Part shown: positions 25,301-38,000 of the stretch, piece by piece | Layout: every line of letters starts with the position of its first letter | Numbering within the stretch: position 1 is the first letter of the stretch | Assembly (NCBI RefSeq): GCF_006345805.1 | Contig: NC_043013.1 | Location: 27,280,001 to 27,344,000 of the forward strand | DNA: 64,000 nt | Source of the DNA: Octopus sinensis | Lineage: Eukaryota | Reading direction: 5' to 3' | The notes under the pieces: model-generated | Told to the model about the DNA's origin: nothing | Database searches by the model: none | Seen by the model: only the letters and a program-made list of their open reading frames with translations | Translations under genes and position numbers: made by a program

Positions 25301-28040
25301 GCACTGATTTTTCTCCATTTATTCTTTTGACAATGCAGGAACCTGAAATGAATTTATGCTCAAATGATTTTATTGCCTCTCTTTGTCTTAGTTTTTGTAA
25401 TCTAAAACAGTTAAAATACATTTCCATAGATTTTGTATTTATTTGAAATTAAAATCTGTCTAACAATTACCCTAAAGAAAAAAAGATACTTTTTGTTTTT
25501 GCCACATTTTACACACATTCATGCAACCTTTTCCTGCCATTTAACCCTTTAGCATTCAAACCGGCCATATCTGGCCAAAATATTTAACCTGTTTTATATT
25601 GAAACTGACCAGATCTCACCTCTCACCTCAGCCCTACCATATCATTCTAAAACTAAAAAATCACATCACTGAAATCTCTAAACTACAAGATAATGCATGA
25701 TTAATTCAAACCATTTTAAATAAACAAACATCACATTTGACAGAATAATCTGAACCCTAAAGGGTTAAAAGTCCCTGAAATTGTACAAAACCAATGAAGA
25801 TTATAAAAGCTTATTTAGAAAGGAATTCAATTGCTTCTACATAATTTAAAATTTTGTTTGATTGCATATAAAATGGTGTTACATGTCAGCATTTTAATAA
25901 CCATTCATTCTGCTTATGTTGTTTTGTTTTTGTCTTCTTTTGCAGCTGAAGATTTTATTCCAGACATGACTGACTTACAGAACTGTTTGATGGGAGACAA
26001 GAAAGAGGATTTAGATAAATACACAAGCTATGCTAGCAAACTTCTGAAGATTGCCCTCACTGACCCTGGAGTGCCAAACCCAAAAGAAGTGAGGCATTTT
26101 TCATTGATACCATCATCATTATCATCATCATCATCGTCATCATTGTCGTTTTAGCATCCAATTTTCTGTGCTCACATGGGTCAAGCAATATGTAATAATG
26201 TTGGTCATCCATACATACAGGCATGCACCTTTGCAGGTGCTGCATTATGCACTTGTGCCAGTGGCGCATAAAAAGCACCCAACACACTGCAAAAAGTGGT
26301 TGGCTTTAGAAACAGCATCAAGCCATAGAAACCATGCCAAAACAGACAATTGTAGCCTGGTGTGGCCCTCTGGCTTGCCAGCTCCTGTCAAACCGTCCAA
26401 ACCATGCTGGCATGGAAAACAGTCCCACTGCATGGCATCTTGGGCAAGTGTCTTTTGCTATAACCCTAAGCCAACCAATGCAATGTGAGCAAATTTGGTA
26501 GATGGGCATTGAAAGAAGCCCGTTGTATATGTAATATATATGTGTGTCCTTGTCTTTTCATCATATGTTGGTTGTAAACAAGCATCACTGTCGTACAAGC
26601 AGTGTTGTTCATTTCTTGTCTCCATGAAAAACATGTCCAATTATAGGGGAGAAATAAGTTCTGGAACTTGATTTGTTTGACTAAACCTTTTGAAGTGGTG
26701 CCCCAGCTTGGCCACAGTCCAGTGACTAAAGCAATAAAAGATAAAAGGTTCATAACTTTCAAAACAGTATACCAGTAATTTTCTATTTGGTCTCCAGTGG
26801 CCTATATCATATCACCACCTTTTATTTTATTCCCTTTGGAAAATTGAAAATCAAAGTTGACCTGAATAAAATTTGAACCTAGAACTTAACCCTTTAGCTC
26901 TTAAACTATCCATATCCATTCCACCTGTTTTATATTAAAACTGGTCAGATCCAGCCTCTTACACCTACCCTATACTCTACAATGTCTTCAAAGCCCAAAA
27001 TTACATGATAGTCATGATTCATTCAAAACAATGTGAATAAATAAGCATTACTCTTCACAGAGTAATCTGAATACTTTAGGACTAAAGGGATTAGAGGATG
27101 CTGCTAATTCTGTCGTGGATTAACACATCCATTTGCTTTTTTTTCTATGTTATTGTTGCTGTTGTTTAATTGAAGGTTGTTGTATTTTTACTCTTGTCTT
27201 TTAGGCTGTCACAGCGTTGGGCCAGAAAATCGTTGACATTGAACTAGATGACACCATGATTACAGAAGTTTTACGAATATTTATTATCTCACGGAATAAT
27301 GGGGATAATGAGGTAAAATGTTTCGGAAATGTAACCAACTCTTTTCTGTCTTTCCATTAAAAAAGGATTTCTTGTAAACATCAAATCAATCAATATTTCT
27401 CTAATATGTGTACGATCATCATTTTGTTTCCCACCACCACCAAGCCTTAGGACCTATAGAGCCAGTCACCTAGTTTCCATGGCAATATATGTAACTGAGA
27501 TTACAGCATTCCCTCATTGCAGAGTCCAAGAATAGCAGTTTTGAGGGGAGGGGGCAAGTCATTTACATTGACCTCAGTATTTGACTGGTACTTGATTTTA
27601 TTGACTGCAGTACTTGGTTGATACTTTATTTTATCAAGCACTGTGCCTAACTGTACTTTATTCTATCGGCCCCAAAGGCAAAGTTGACTTCAATCAGATT
27701 TGAACTCTCAACATAAAGAATCAGAAAAGATGCCACTAAACACTTTGTCCAACATCCTAACAATTCTACCAGGTTGCTGCTTTTGTGTGATAAATAATCA
27801 ATTTCATATTTGATTTATTCAGGCATTGGAGTGGTTGTGTGGTAAGAAGCTTACTTCCCAACCATGTGATTCCAGGTTCAGTCCCACTGTGTGGCACCTT
27901 GGGCTAGTGTCTTCTACTACAGCATCAGCCCAATCAAAGCCTTATGAGTGGATTTGGTAGACAGAAACTGAAAAAAGCCCCTCATATATATATATATATA
28001 TATATTTATGTATGTGTGTATATATATGTATGTATATATA

Positions 28041-28082
<42 letters not shown>

Positions 28083-28179
28083 ATATATATATGTATGTAT
28101 ATATATATATGCATATGTATATATATATATGTATGTATATATATATGCATATGTATGTATATATATATATGCATATGTA

Positions 28180-28218
<39 letters not shown>

Positions 28219-28350
28219 TGTATGTATATATATGCATGTATATATATATATGCATATGTATATATGCATATGTATATATGCATATATATATATATGCATA
28301 TATATATATGCATATATATATATATATGCATATATATATATATATATATA

Positions 28351-28392
<42 letters not shown>

Positions 28393-29656
28393 TATATATA
28401 TATATATATATATATTACGACAGGCACCCATGCCAACCCCCTTGCTTGCGAAGACATGTTGGGGCAAGCGAAATCGAATTGAACCAGCCAGGTTCCCTGG
28501 TCTGGTGGTACGTAAAAAGCACTATCCGACTCGTGGCCGATGCCAGCGCCGCCTCCACTGGCTTCCGTGCCGGTGGCACGTAAAATACACCAATCTGACC
28601 GTACAACAGGCACCCATGCCAACCTCCTTGCTTGCGAACACATGTTGGGGCAAGCGAAATCGAAATCGAATTGAACCAGCCAGGATCCCTGGTCTGGTGG
28701 TATGTAAAAAGCACTATCCGACTCGTGGCCGATGCCAGCACCGCCTCGTCTGGCTTCCGTGCCGGTGGCACATAAAATACACCAATCCGACCGTGGCCGT
28801 TGCCAGCCTCGCCTGGCACCTGTGCAGGTGGCACGTAAAAAGCACCCACTACACTCACGGAGTGGTTGGCGTTAGGAAGGGCATCCATCTGTAGAAACAC
28901 TGCCAGATAAGACTGGAGCCTGGTGCAGCCTTCTGGCTTCCCAGATCCCCGGTCGAACCGTCCAACCCATGCTAGCATGGAGAACGGACGTTAAACGATG
29001 ATGATGATGATGATGATGATATATATATATATATATAATATATATATTACGACAGGCACCCATGCCAACCCCCTTGTTTGCGAAGACATGTTGGGGCAAG
29101 CGAAATCGAATTGAACCAGCCAGGTTCCCTGGTCTGGTGGTACGTAAAAAGCACTATCCGACTCGTGGCCGATGCCAGCGCCGCCTCCACTGGCTTCCGT
29201 GCCGGTGGCACGTAAAATACACCAATCTGACCGTACAACAGGCACCCATGCCAACCTCCTTGCTTGCGAACACATGTTGGGGCAAGCGAAATCGAAATCG
29301 AATTGAACCAGCCAGGATCCCTGGTCTGGTGGTACGTAAAAAGCACCATCCGACTCGTGGCCGATGCCAGCACCGCCTCGTCTGGCTTCCGTGCCGGTGG
29401 CACATAAAATACACCAATCCGACCGTGGCCGTTGCCAGCCTCGCCTGGCACCTGTGCAGGTGGCACGTAAAAAGCACCCACTACACTCACGGAGTGGTTG
29501 GCGTTAGGAAGGGCATCCATCTGTAGAAACACTGCCAGATAAGACTGGAGCCTGGTGCAGCCTTCTGGCTTCCCAGATCCCCGGTCGAACCGTCCAACCC
29601 ATGCTAGCATGGAGAACGGACGTTAAACGATGATGATGATGATGATGATATATATA

Positions 29657-29707
<51 letters not shown>

Positions 29708-32700
29708 TTGTGTGTTTGTGCCCTCACCATCACTTGACAACCAATGTTGGGTGTTTACGTCCCTTTAATTTAGCAGTTCAGCAAAAGAGACCAGACCAAT
29801 AGAATAAGTAGTAGACTTACAAAGAATAAGTTCTGGGGTCGATTTGTTTGACTAAAGGCAGTGCTCCAGCATGGCCACAGTCAAATGACTGAAACAAGTA
29901 AAAGAATGTATCTTATAAAGAAACATTATGAAATTGTATAAATGCTTATATTTAGTTTGTTTATTGTTCTCTTTAATAAGTCAGCTTTCTGCTGCTCTTC
30001 CTTCTTTCCATCATAAAACTATTATACATTTCTGTCCATCACCTCTCTGGACACTTTATTCTTTGTAATAGCCACAGACGTGGATGTGTGGTTAAGAAGA
30101 TTGCTTCCTAACCACGTGGTCTTCGGTTCAGTTCTACTGTGACATCTCCTGTACTACTCACACCATTTCTTACTGGCTTTCCTTACCTTCTCCACATCAG
30201 ATTTTCCACGTGAACCCTTTGCTTCATTTTCTTAGCAACATAAGTTCTCTGAAGTAACATTACTCAACAGGGTGTGTACCTCAGAGATGAGGGTGTCTGT
30301 TGAATTCAAACCACAAACTCTCCACATTGAGTAGTCACAGTTCCAGTACTATGGACATGTGGCTAGAAAGTTGCAGGAAAGAGTCACAAGACAGATTCTT
30401 CAATCCAAACCAACCAGCCAGAGACTTAAGGATAGACCAAAAGATAAATGGTTGGATAAAATATCCATGGTCTCAGTTGCTTACACTTTGAAATCCAGCT
30501 GGAAAGTGTAATGATGACTGCTGATAGGATTCTATGGATGAAGACTCTGTGCCTGAGGACTCTACCACCATAACCCTTCTAGGACTAGTAGCCAGTGAAA
30601 ATGGATGGATTGTGATAAGATGACCTTGATTTCTTTCCAAAGACAGACAAATATCCAAAAGGACTCTTCCACTCCTCTCAGCCAAATTAATGAATATTCT
30701 ACAAACTCTCTTGTGATTTAATTTTTACTGACACCAACTACCAACAATTTCTTTAAATTCTTGATTTTACCATATTCATTTACAATTCTTTAAATTCTGG
30801 ATTTTACTATATTCATTTACAATGTCTTTTTGACTGACTTAATGAGAGTGTGTTTCTCCAAGTTTAGCACAACTAGTCACTTCAGCTTTATATGGTGTTA
30901 AACACTCATCAGTTGTATAGTACTCCCACTATTAACAGTGCTGAGCAGTGATAGCACCCATCTACATTATAGTTGCACCATTCAGAGTTAAATACATTTG
31001 CCATGGACAGTGGCACTGTTCCCTTCTGTTATCAGAATACAAACCATCAACCATCCAACCATTTGGCCACCCCCCACCTCCTTCTGACTCAGTTTGATCC
31101 CTAAACCAGATGCTTGGTTTATTTAATTTCTGTTAGATACAAAAATCACTTAGAGTGAGTGTTGTGATAAATCGAAAGTAAATCTTTATTTTATCTCTTC
31201 TTCAGATCTCAGAATGGTTAAGTGAGAAACCATTAAACGCTTTTAATGCCACACAGAAGGCTTCTGTTTTGGCTTTTCTATGCAATGAACTTCTTTGTGG
31301 CAGACTTTTGTCAAAGTAAGTAGAAGAAAAACTTGATTGTCTTCTTTGTTTGTTTGTTTGTTTTTTTCTTTCTCTTATTTTAGAGTTCACTTAATAAACG
31401 CTGAACAATATTAACCAATTTTGGAATCATTCTTGTCTAGGAAGTGACTTGGACTGAAATTGTATTGATGTTAAAGCACCAATTACATTATGAAAGAACT
31501 GTTTTAGCCATTTTGAAAGTTGCAGTGGGACCATTGTCAGTGCCTCAAGAAATTAGTGAAAAGTGAAATTATTAGAGTTTTTTGCATATTTTTAAATGGT
31601 CAAAATAATTCTCAATATTTTTCTCTTATTCTTCAACTATGATTGTCACATAATTTAATTTTTGGAACCATTAACTTCATGTGAAGAGGGAAAAGTATTT
31701 CTTACACTATTTACATTCACACTACATTTCAACCAATTCAGTCTGAGCCTGGACAACAAATCATCTGAGACATTTATTCAACTTATGTTGTTGATGGTGG
31801 TGGTGGGTTTTTTTATTGGGGAGGTTTTTTGTTGTTTTTATTTTCTTTTATCATGGTGTGGTTGGGAAGCAAACCTCGTTACCATATGCATGCACACACA
31901 TACACACAAGCACACACACAAATGGTCTGCCATGGAGAGACATCACCTTGCTTGGAAACAGTTGGGTCTTAGCAACAGGAAAGACATCCAATTATAGAAA
32001 ATTTGTCTCAGTGAATTTTGTTTGACCAATACAGCAGATATGGAAAAGTAGATATCAGAACAATTTCAGAGAGAGGGAGAGAATGTGTGTGTGTGTGTGT
32101 GTTGGGGTTGTGCCTTCAGCATAAGTGCTTCTTTTGTGATTACAATGACCATACAATTTACTAAGATGCATTTTGATGTTTGAAATTAAATTTAATTAAG
32201 TTTATCCTCTCATTCATGTTATGCCCCTTTTTTTTCTTTTCTTTTTATAAAACAGTGAAGTTGAGAAGACTATTGAAAGTATGTCGACTTTGAGGCGGGA
32301 TAAATGGATTGTCGAAGGAAAATTGAGACGGTAAATATGTAACACATTTCAAGGAATAATTAACAGCTGGTTCACAGAAACTGTTGACATTTTAGTTTAT
32401 TAAACATTTTTTTAAATATTCTAAAGTTTATTGATTTTTCTCTGTTAAATAGCAAGATAGCATTTGATTAACTACATAAGCACAAGCATGGCTGTGTGGT
32501 TAAGAAGCTAGCTTTGCAACCATGTGGTTTTAGGTTCAGTCCCACTGCACAGTACCTTGGGCAAGTGCCTTCTACTACATCCTCTAACCAACCAATGCCA
32601 TGTGAGTGAATTTGGTCAACCAAAACTGTGTGAAAGCCCATCACGTAAAAGCACCCACTACACTCTTGGAGTGGTTGGCGTTAGGAAGGGCATCCAGCTG

Positions 32701-35028
32701 TAGAAACTCTGCCAGATCAGATTGGAGTCTGGTGCGGCCATCTGGTTCGCCAGACCTTAGTCAAATCGTCCAACCCATGCTAGCGTGGAAAGCGGACGTT
32801 AAATGGTGATGATGGTAATGATGATGTGTGTGCATCTGTGTTTGTTACACACACATACATAATACTTGACAATTAGTGTTGGTTTGTTTACATCTCTGTA
32901 ACTTAGCAGCTCAGCAAAAGTTCATGCATTTTCTTTTAGCTTTGAAATTTTGATTTGATTGTTTATTTTTAGAATGACATTGTAGAGTAGGTGTGAGAGG
33001 CCAGATCTGGCCAGTTTGAACATAAAATGGGTGGAATGTTGGGGCTGAATACGAGTGGTTTAAATGCTAAAGGGTTAACAATGAAATCCAAGTTAGACAC
33101 CAGCTTTTGTGAGCTCCTTAGTGTTTACTGAAAGCATTTATGTAGAAGATCTGCTGGTACCATAATAATATACACCTATTGTATGTCTGTGAAATGGTTG
33201 GGGAGCAACAAGAGACAATGTAATGGGCAAGGGAATTCTTTTGTCTTGTTAAGCATAACTCTATTTGTACCAGTGCTATGGTAAAAGCACCCAGTACACT
33301 CACTCGAGTGGTTGGTGTCAGGAGAGCATTCAGCCATAGAAACCCTATCAAAATGGAATATACACCCAAGACATTGTCCTCAATCGATCTAGGAGAGTAG
33401 TAACTCCAAATAGGAATTATCTCAAGCCTTGACAACTCATCCAACCCATGCCAGTATAGGAAGTAGATGTAAAATAGATAATGAGATTGGTGATAGTGAT
33501 TTGAGTTATCAGGGTATCTGGTCTTACACTTGAGTGAGGGAGAGGTTTTAATGTTTATTATATTTAGTTGGAGATAATAACCCTGCAAGTAACTTGGTTC
33601 CTTAAGAGAAATCCAACAGACTAATTCAATATGTTCCAGTGTAAAGAATTCTTGTAATAACCATTTTTTTGTAATTCTATGTGTAATTTGTTCTTGATGT
33701 CATTTTCAGATTAAGGATTATACAAGCGAAGAAGTACAACCGTCCGTCACCTAAGATCTCCCTCCATGAAAGTTCTTCCCCACTGCTGGATGAAGACAGC
33801 CACGCAACCAATGTGTCTGGTAGTAAACAGGGCAGTGATGAAGAAGAGGACAGTGGCAATGACAGTGATATCACTACGGTCACAAGTGTTGGGATTATAT
33901 CAGAAGGAGAGGTAAGAACATGGAGTGGTTTCTTTTTAAAAACCAAGACTTAGGTCAAGTGTACTTCAGTTAGTCTGACTGAATTTTCAAAATTAAAGAA
34001 TGGATGGTCAGTCTAAAGAACAGGTATTAGCTGTTCATATTCTGTTGGTGGGCCAAGTCCTCCTAACTTTAAGGTTGCTCAAGGGACTCAAACCTGTGTC
34101 TATAACCATGGCAGATGTTCTACCATAATACCAAAGCAACCCTTTGAATTTACTCCATCAATTTTAGGAGCTTTGTTCTTACCAGTAAGAACTGTATGTT
34201 GTTAACATCATAAGAATTTAGAAATTTCAAGAAATACAAAATATATATATATATTTGTTTAATGGTGGAACTTGAAGTGGATACAGATATATATATGTAT
34301 CTATAATCATCATTATTATTTGAGGAGCTTCCTTTCAAAACCAGTATAGGTGCATATTTGGTCAATTTCATGATAACCATTAAAACACAATCTGCAAGCT
34401 GTTGCTTCACACACCTAAAATTTGTTTTGGTTAGACTGGGATAGATGCCATATAGAACCTTAGTCTTCCAACCAAAACCAGACATATTCAAGATGTTGTT
34501 TTCTCATTTACTCAAAATTCATTCTGATACATATATCTGGTATTGAAATTAAGCTTTTCATTTAATGTCCATCTTCCATGCTGGCAAACCAAAAGACTTG
34601 GCATGGTTTCTATGGCTGGATGCCCTTCTTGATGCCAACCACATTACAGAGTGTACTGGATGCCTTTTATGTGGCACCAGCACTGCTCTCTCCACCCCTC
34701 TTTTTCGTTTATCAATTTGTCTTGCTGGGTACCTTCTCTGAAGAAGAATCATGTTCTAAACGTCACCATTTGATTAACATATATTTAAGCATTAAAACTG
34801 CCATCTCCCTCAATCATAACAAGTTTTTTTCTGTTTTAGGAGGAAGATCCTATTAATTCTGAAGATTGTGAGAAAAAAATAGAAAAATTACAAAGGGTGA
34901 GTAGTGTGTACATTGTAATTTGTCTGTATTTACCTTGACATCCAAATGGCTGGGTTGGGAGGTTAAGATGTTTGGCTGTTCACCATGGGATCACAAGTTC
35001 AAACCTTAGAAGTTGTGTGTGTATTTAT

Positions 35029-35064
<36 letters not shown>

Positions 35065-38000
35065 TTATATATATACACACACACACACATACAGAACACA
35101 ATTCTTTCCGTTTCCATTTACCAAATCCATTTACAAAGCTTTGATTGGCCCAAGACTAAAGTAGAAGACACTTTTCCAAGGTGCCATGCAGTGGGACTGA
35201 ACCCAAGAACCATGTGACTGGAAAACAATTATCATCTCTCATTTGCAAAGTGTTCTTCATATTCTGGCATTCAAAAAGAAAAAGACTCCATTTTGACAAG
35301 ATATGCAGTCTAGGGGCAATTCAAAAAGGGCCCTGGGAAAGAACTGTTTATTACTCAGATTGCTCTGCCAAATTTAATGCTTATTTAATCACATAATTTT
35401 AAATTAATGATGCATAATCTCATAGCTTCAAAATTTCAATAATATAATTGCTTATTGTGATTTTTAAAATGAGATTGTAAGATAGGTGTGAGAGGCCAGA
35501 TTTGACTGGTTAACTAGTTTACTCACCTTATACAGGTGTCAGATTGAACGAAATGCCTCATATTTATTCCAGCTCTTTTTGTTGAGTTCAAATCCTGCTG
35601 GCATCAACTTTGTCTTTCATGTTTTTGGGGTCAGTTAATAAAGTAACAGTAAAGAGTAGTGGACTGGCTGAATCATTAGTGACAGAAGGGATAAATACCT
35701 TGTGGTGTTTACCCTTGATCTTAGACTACTGAGTTCAAATCCTGCTATGGTCTGCCAGTAACCATTGGAAGAGATTGGAACTTTAGCATAAGAGTGATCC
35801 ATAATATTCAATCTGCTTAGACCAGACAGGACTTGCTGATGATAATATTGCAGGATAATGGCTGGAGGAGGAGTTAATAGCAATTATATTATTGACTTAA
35901 AATTGACCAGATGGGAAGAATTTTCTTCCTCCTTCATCATCATCATTTACTGTCCTTTTTCCCATGCTTTCATGCATCAGACAGCCTTTTCAAGCACTTC
36001 TAAACGAAATGGTTGAAGGTATGATAATGTTCTAAGCAAGAAATATAGGATAAAGTCTCTGCTGCAAGTGTAGAAAACAAGCAAACAGAGTGTCAAGCAA
36101 GGGTTGGGGATGATAGGGGAATTATGTACATTGAAGTGGGAGACATATAAAGTCAGCAAGCGGTGCCAATCAGGGAGTTTTGAAATGGTGGATCTATCCC
36201 AAAAAAGGGGGCAAAGGTTATGGAAATTTGGTGGGCACCTTTTTTTACAGCAACATGTAAATTTGTTTGCTGTCACTTCATCCTCTCCAGACTTAGGAAC
36301 AGGACTCTATCAAAAGTTGGTTTTTTTTTCATGTTTGTATAAGGTTTGAATTCACCTTAACAATAAACCCCAAAACATACAAATATCTTCTGCTGTTCAA
36401 TGACATTGATTTCCTTCTCTCTTTTTCTTCTTTTCTCTCTCTCGCAGCAACACAGTCAGTATCAACACAAAGTGTTTGAAGCTTCTCATAAACTGCGGGC
36501 AGTTTCTTTTGGTCAAGATCGTTTCAAGCGCCGTTACTGGCTTCTGCCATATTGTGGAAGGTTGTTTGTTGAAGGGCTGGAATCTGGTGCCATGGGGAGT
36601 GAGGATGAAGAAGAAGAAGAGACTGGCGGTGAAGATGAAAACGAGATCGATTACGAAAACAATGAAGATACTGAAAGCAAATCTCAGACGGGAAGTGAAG
36701 ATTTAAAGGACAGCATTAAGAAAGAACCGAAAAGTGAAGATGAGGAAGAAGAGGATGAAGAAGAGATGGACAGAAAGGAACTAATGGATTGTAAGCTATC
36801 GGAACCCATAGCTAACAGCACTCCTGTAAAGTGTGAATCACCAAAGACAGACCACAAATCAAATTCAAAAAATAGTATTAGTCATGTTAAAGAAGAAAAC
36901 CCTACTAATTTATTTCTACAAAAACCAGAAGCTACCAAATTTAGTGATTTAATTCATATTTCCAAACCAGACGGTGCCCCTACTTCACAAGATACTAAGT
37001 CTAATATTGTAAATAGCCATCATGACAGTGGCACGTCACCAACCACATCGTCATCTGTAAATACATCATCTCCAAACAACTCCACATTATCCACACACTC
37101 AGACACTAAGCCCAGTTTTGTCAGCATTGACTCTCTCCTGAAGAAAGACCATGAACCCAGTAGTCCTACGCTGCCATTTGTCCCCTCGATGGCTACCTAC
37201 CCCATGCCCCCAATCTTCACGGACCAACTCCTGAAAACTGCTTCAGAGATAAACGATCAGAAACCCTGGTTCAGCATCCTTCCCAGAATGCCTTGTGATG
37301 AGACCTCTTTAACGCGCTCACCTTTGAACATATCACATCGGATGCTGAACAACTCGCCTTTCATTTTCCAGCCCATGCCATTCCATGCCTTCCCCGTACG
37401 CAGCCCAGCATTTGCTTCGTTTCAAATGGGGCAGATCCAAAGTAACCCGGTGGACTTTAACATGAACATGTTCAACAACAACACAAATAATTCCAACACC
37501 TATTTCAAAGTGCCACCAGTTCCTCAAGAGGCTTCCTCCATGAACAATTCCTCCTCATCCTCTCTCCTCCAAAATTCCCCCTTATTACCTGTAATTGCAC
37601 CTACGTCAAATGGAAATGGACTCATTGATTCTGATCCTGAAGGTCTGCTCAAAAGTTTACAAGGAGAGCTTAAACCAATTCCAAAAGGTATTTTTTTTCT
37701 TCAAGTCTTTTACATTTCTCTTTTTTTCTTTTCACTTTTCCACATTTTCATTTTATATTACAATAGCCTAAGGCGGTGAGCTGGCTGAATCGTTAGCACG
37801 TCAGGTGAAATGCTTAGTGGTATTTCACCTGTCTTTACATTCTGAGTTCAAATTTCACCAAGGTTGATTTTGCCTTTCATCCTTTCAGGGTCAATTAAAT
37901 AAGTAACAGTTACGCACTGGGGTGAATGTAATCGGCTTAATCCCTTCTCTCAAATTCGAGGCCTTGTGCTTGAAAACAGACATTAAATGATGATTATAAA

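Larger units (their letters stand above)
28390..29705. repeat. Tandem duplication with a 632-bp period: RTE-type 3' end plus (GAT)n plus (TA)n
   Basis: acgacaggcaccc at 28417 and 29049; three substitutions and (GAT)8 vs (GAT)7 between copies. Confidence 0.95.

Noticed and set aside
28420-28490. Possible HDV-like ribozyme (ccaac...gttgg-GG...GCGAAA) in the LINE repeat unit
   Set aside because: I could not build P2 and P3/L3 with the required nested pseudoknot
27917-28894. Long ORFs of 150-220 aa (YIYI-rich); similar ones at 4274-4670, 17740-18335 and 60821-61102
   Set aside because: They are translations of (TA)n/(TG)n microsatellites and repeat sequence, with no protein-like composition
36400-36447. 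N-terminal part of the 459-aa ORF ([14 protein letters not shown]) resembling a signal peptide
   Set aside because: It is the intronic polypyrimidine tract upstream of the 36448 acceptor
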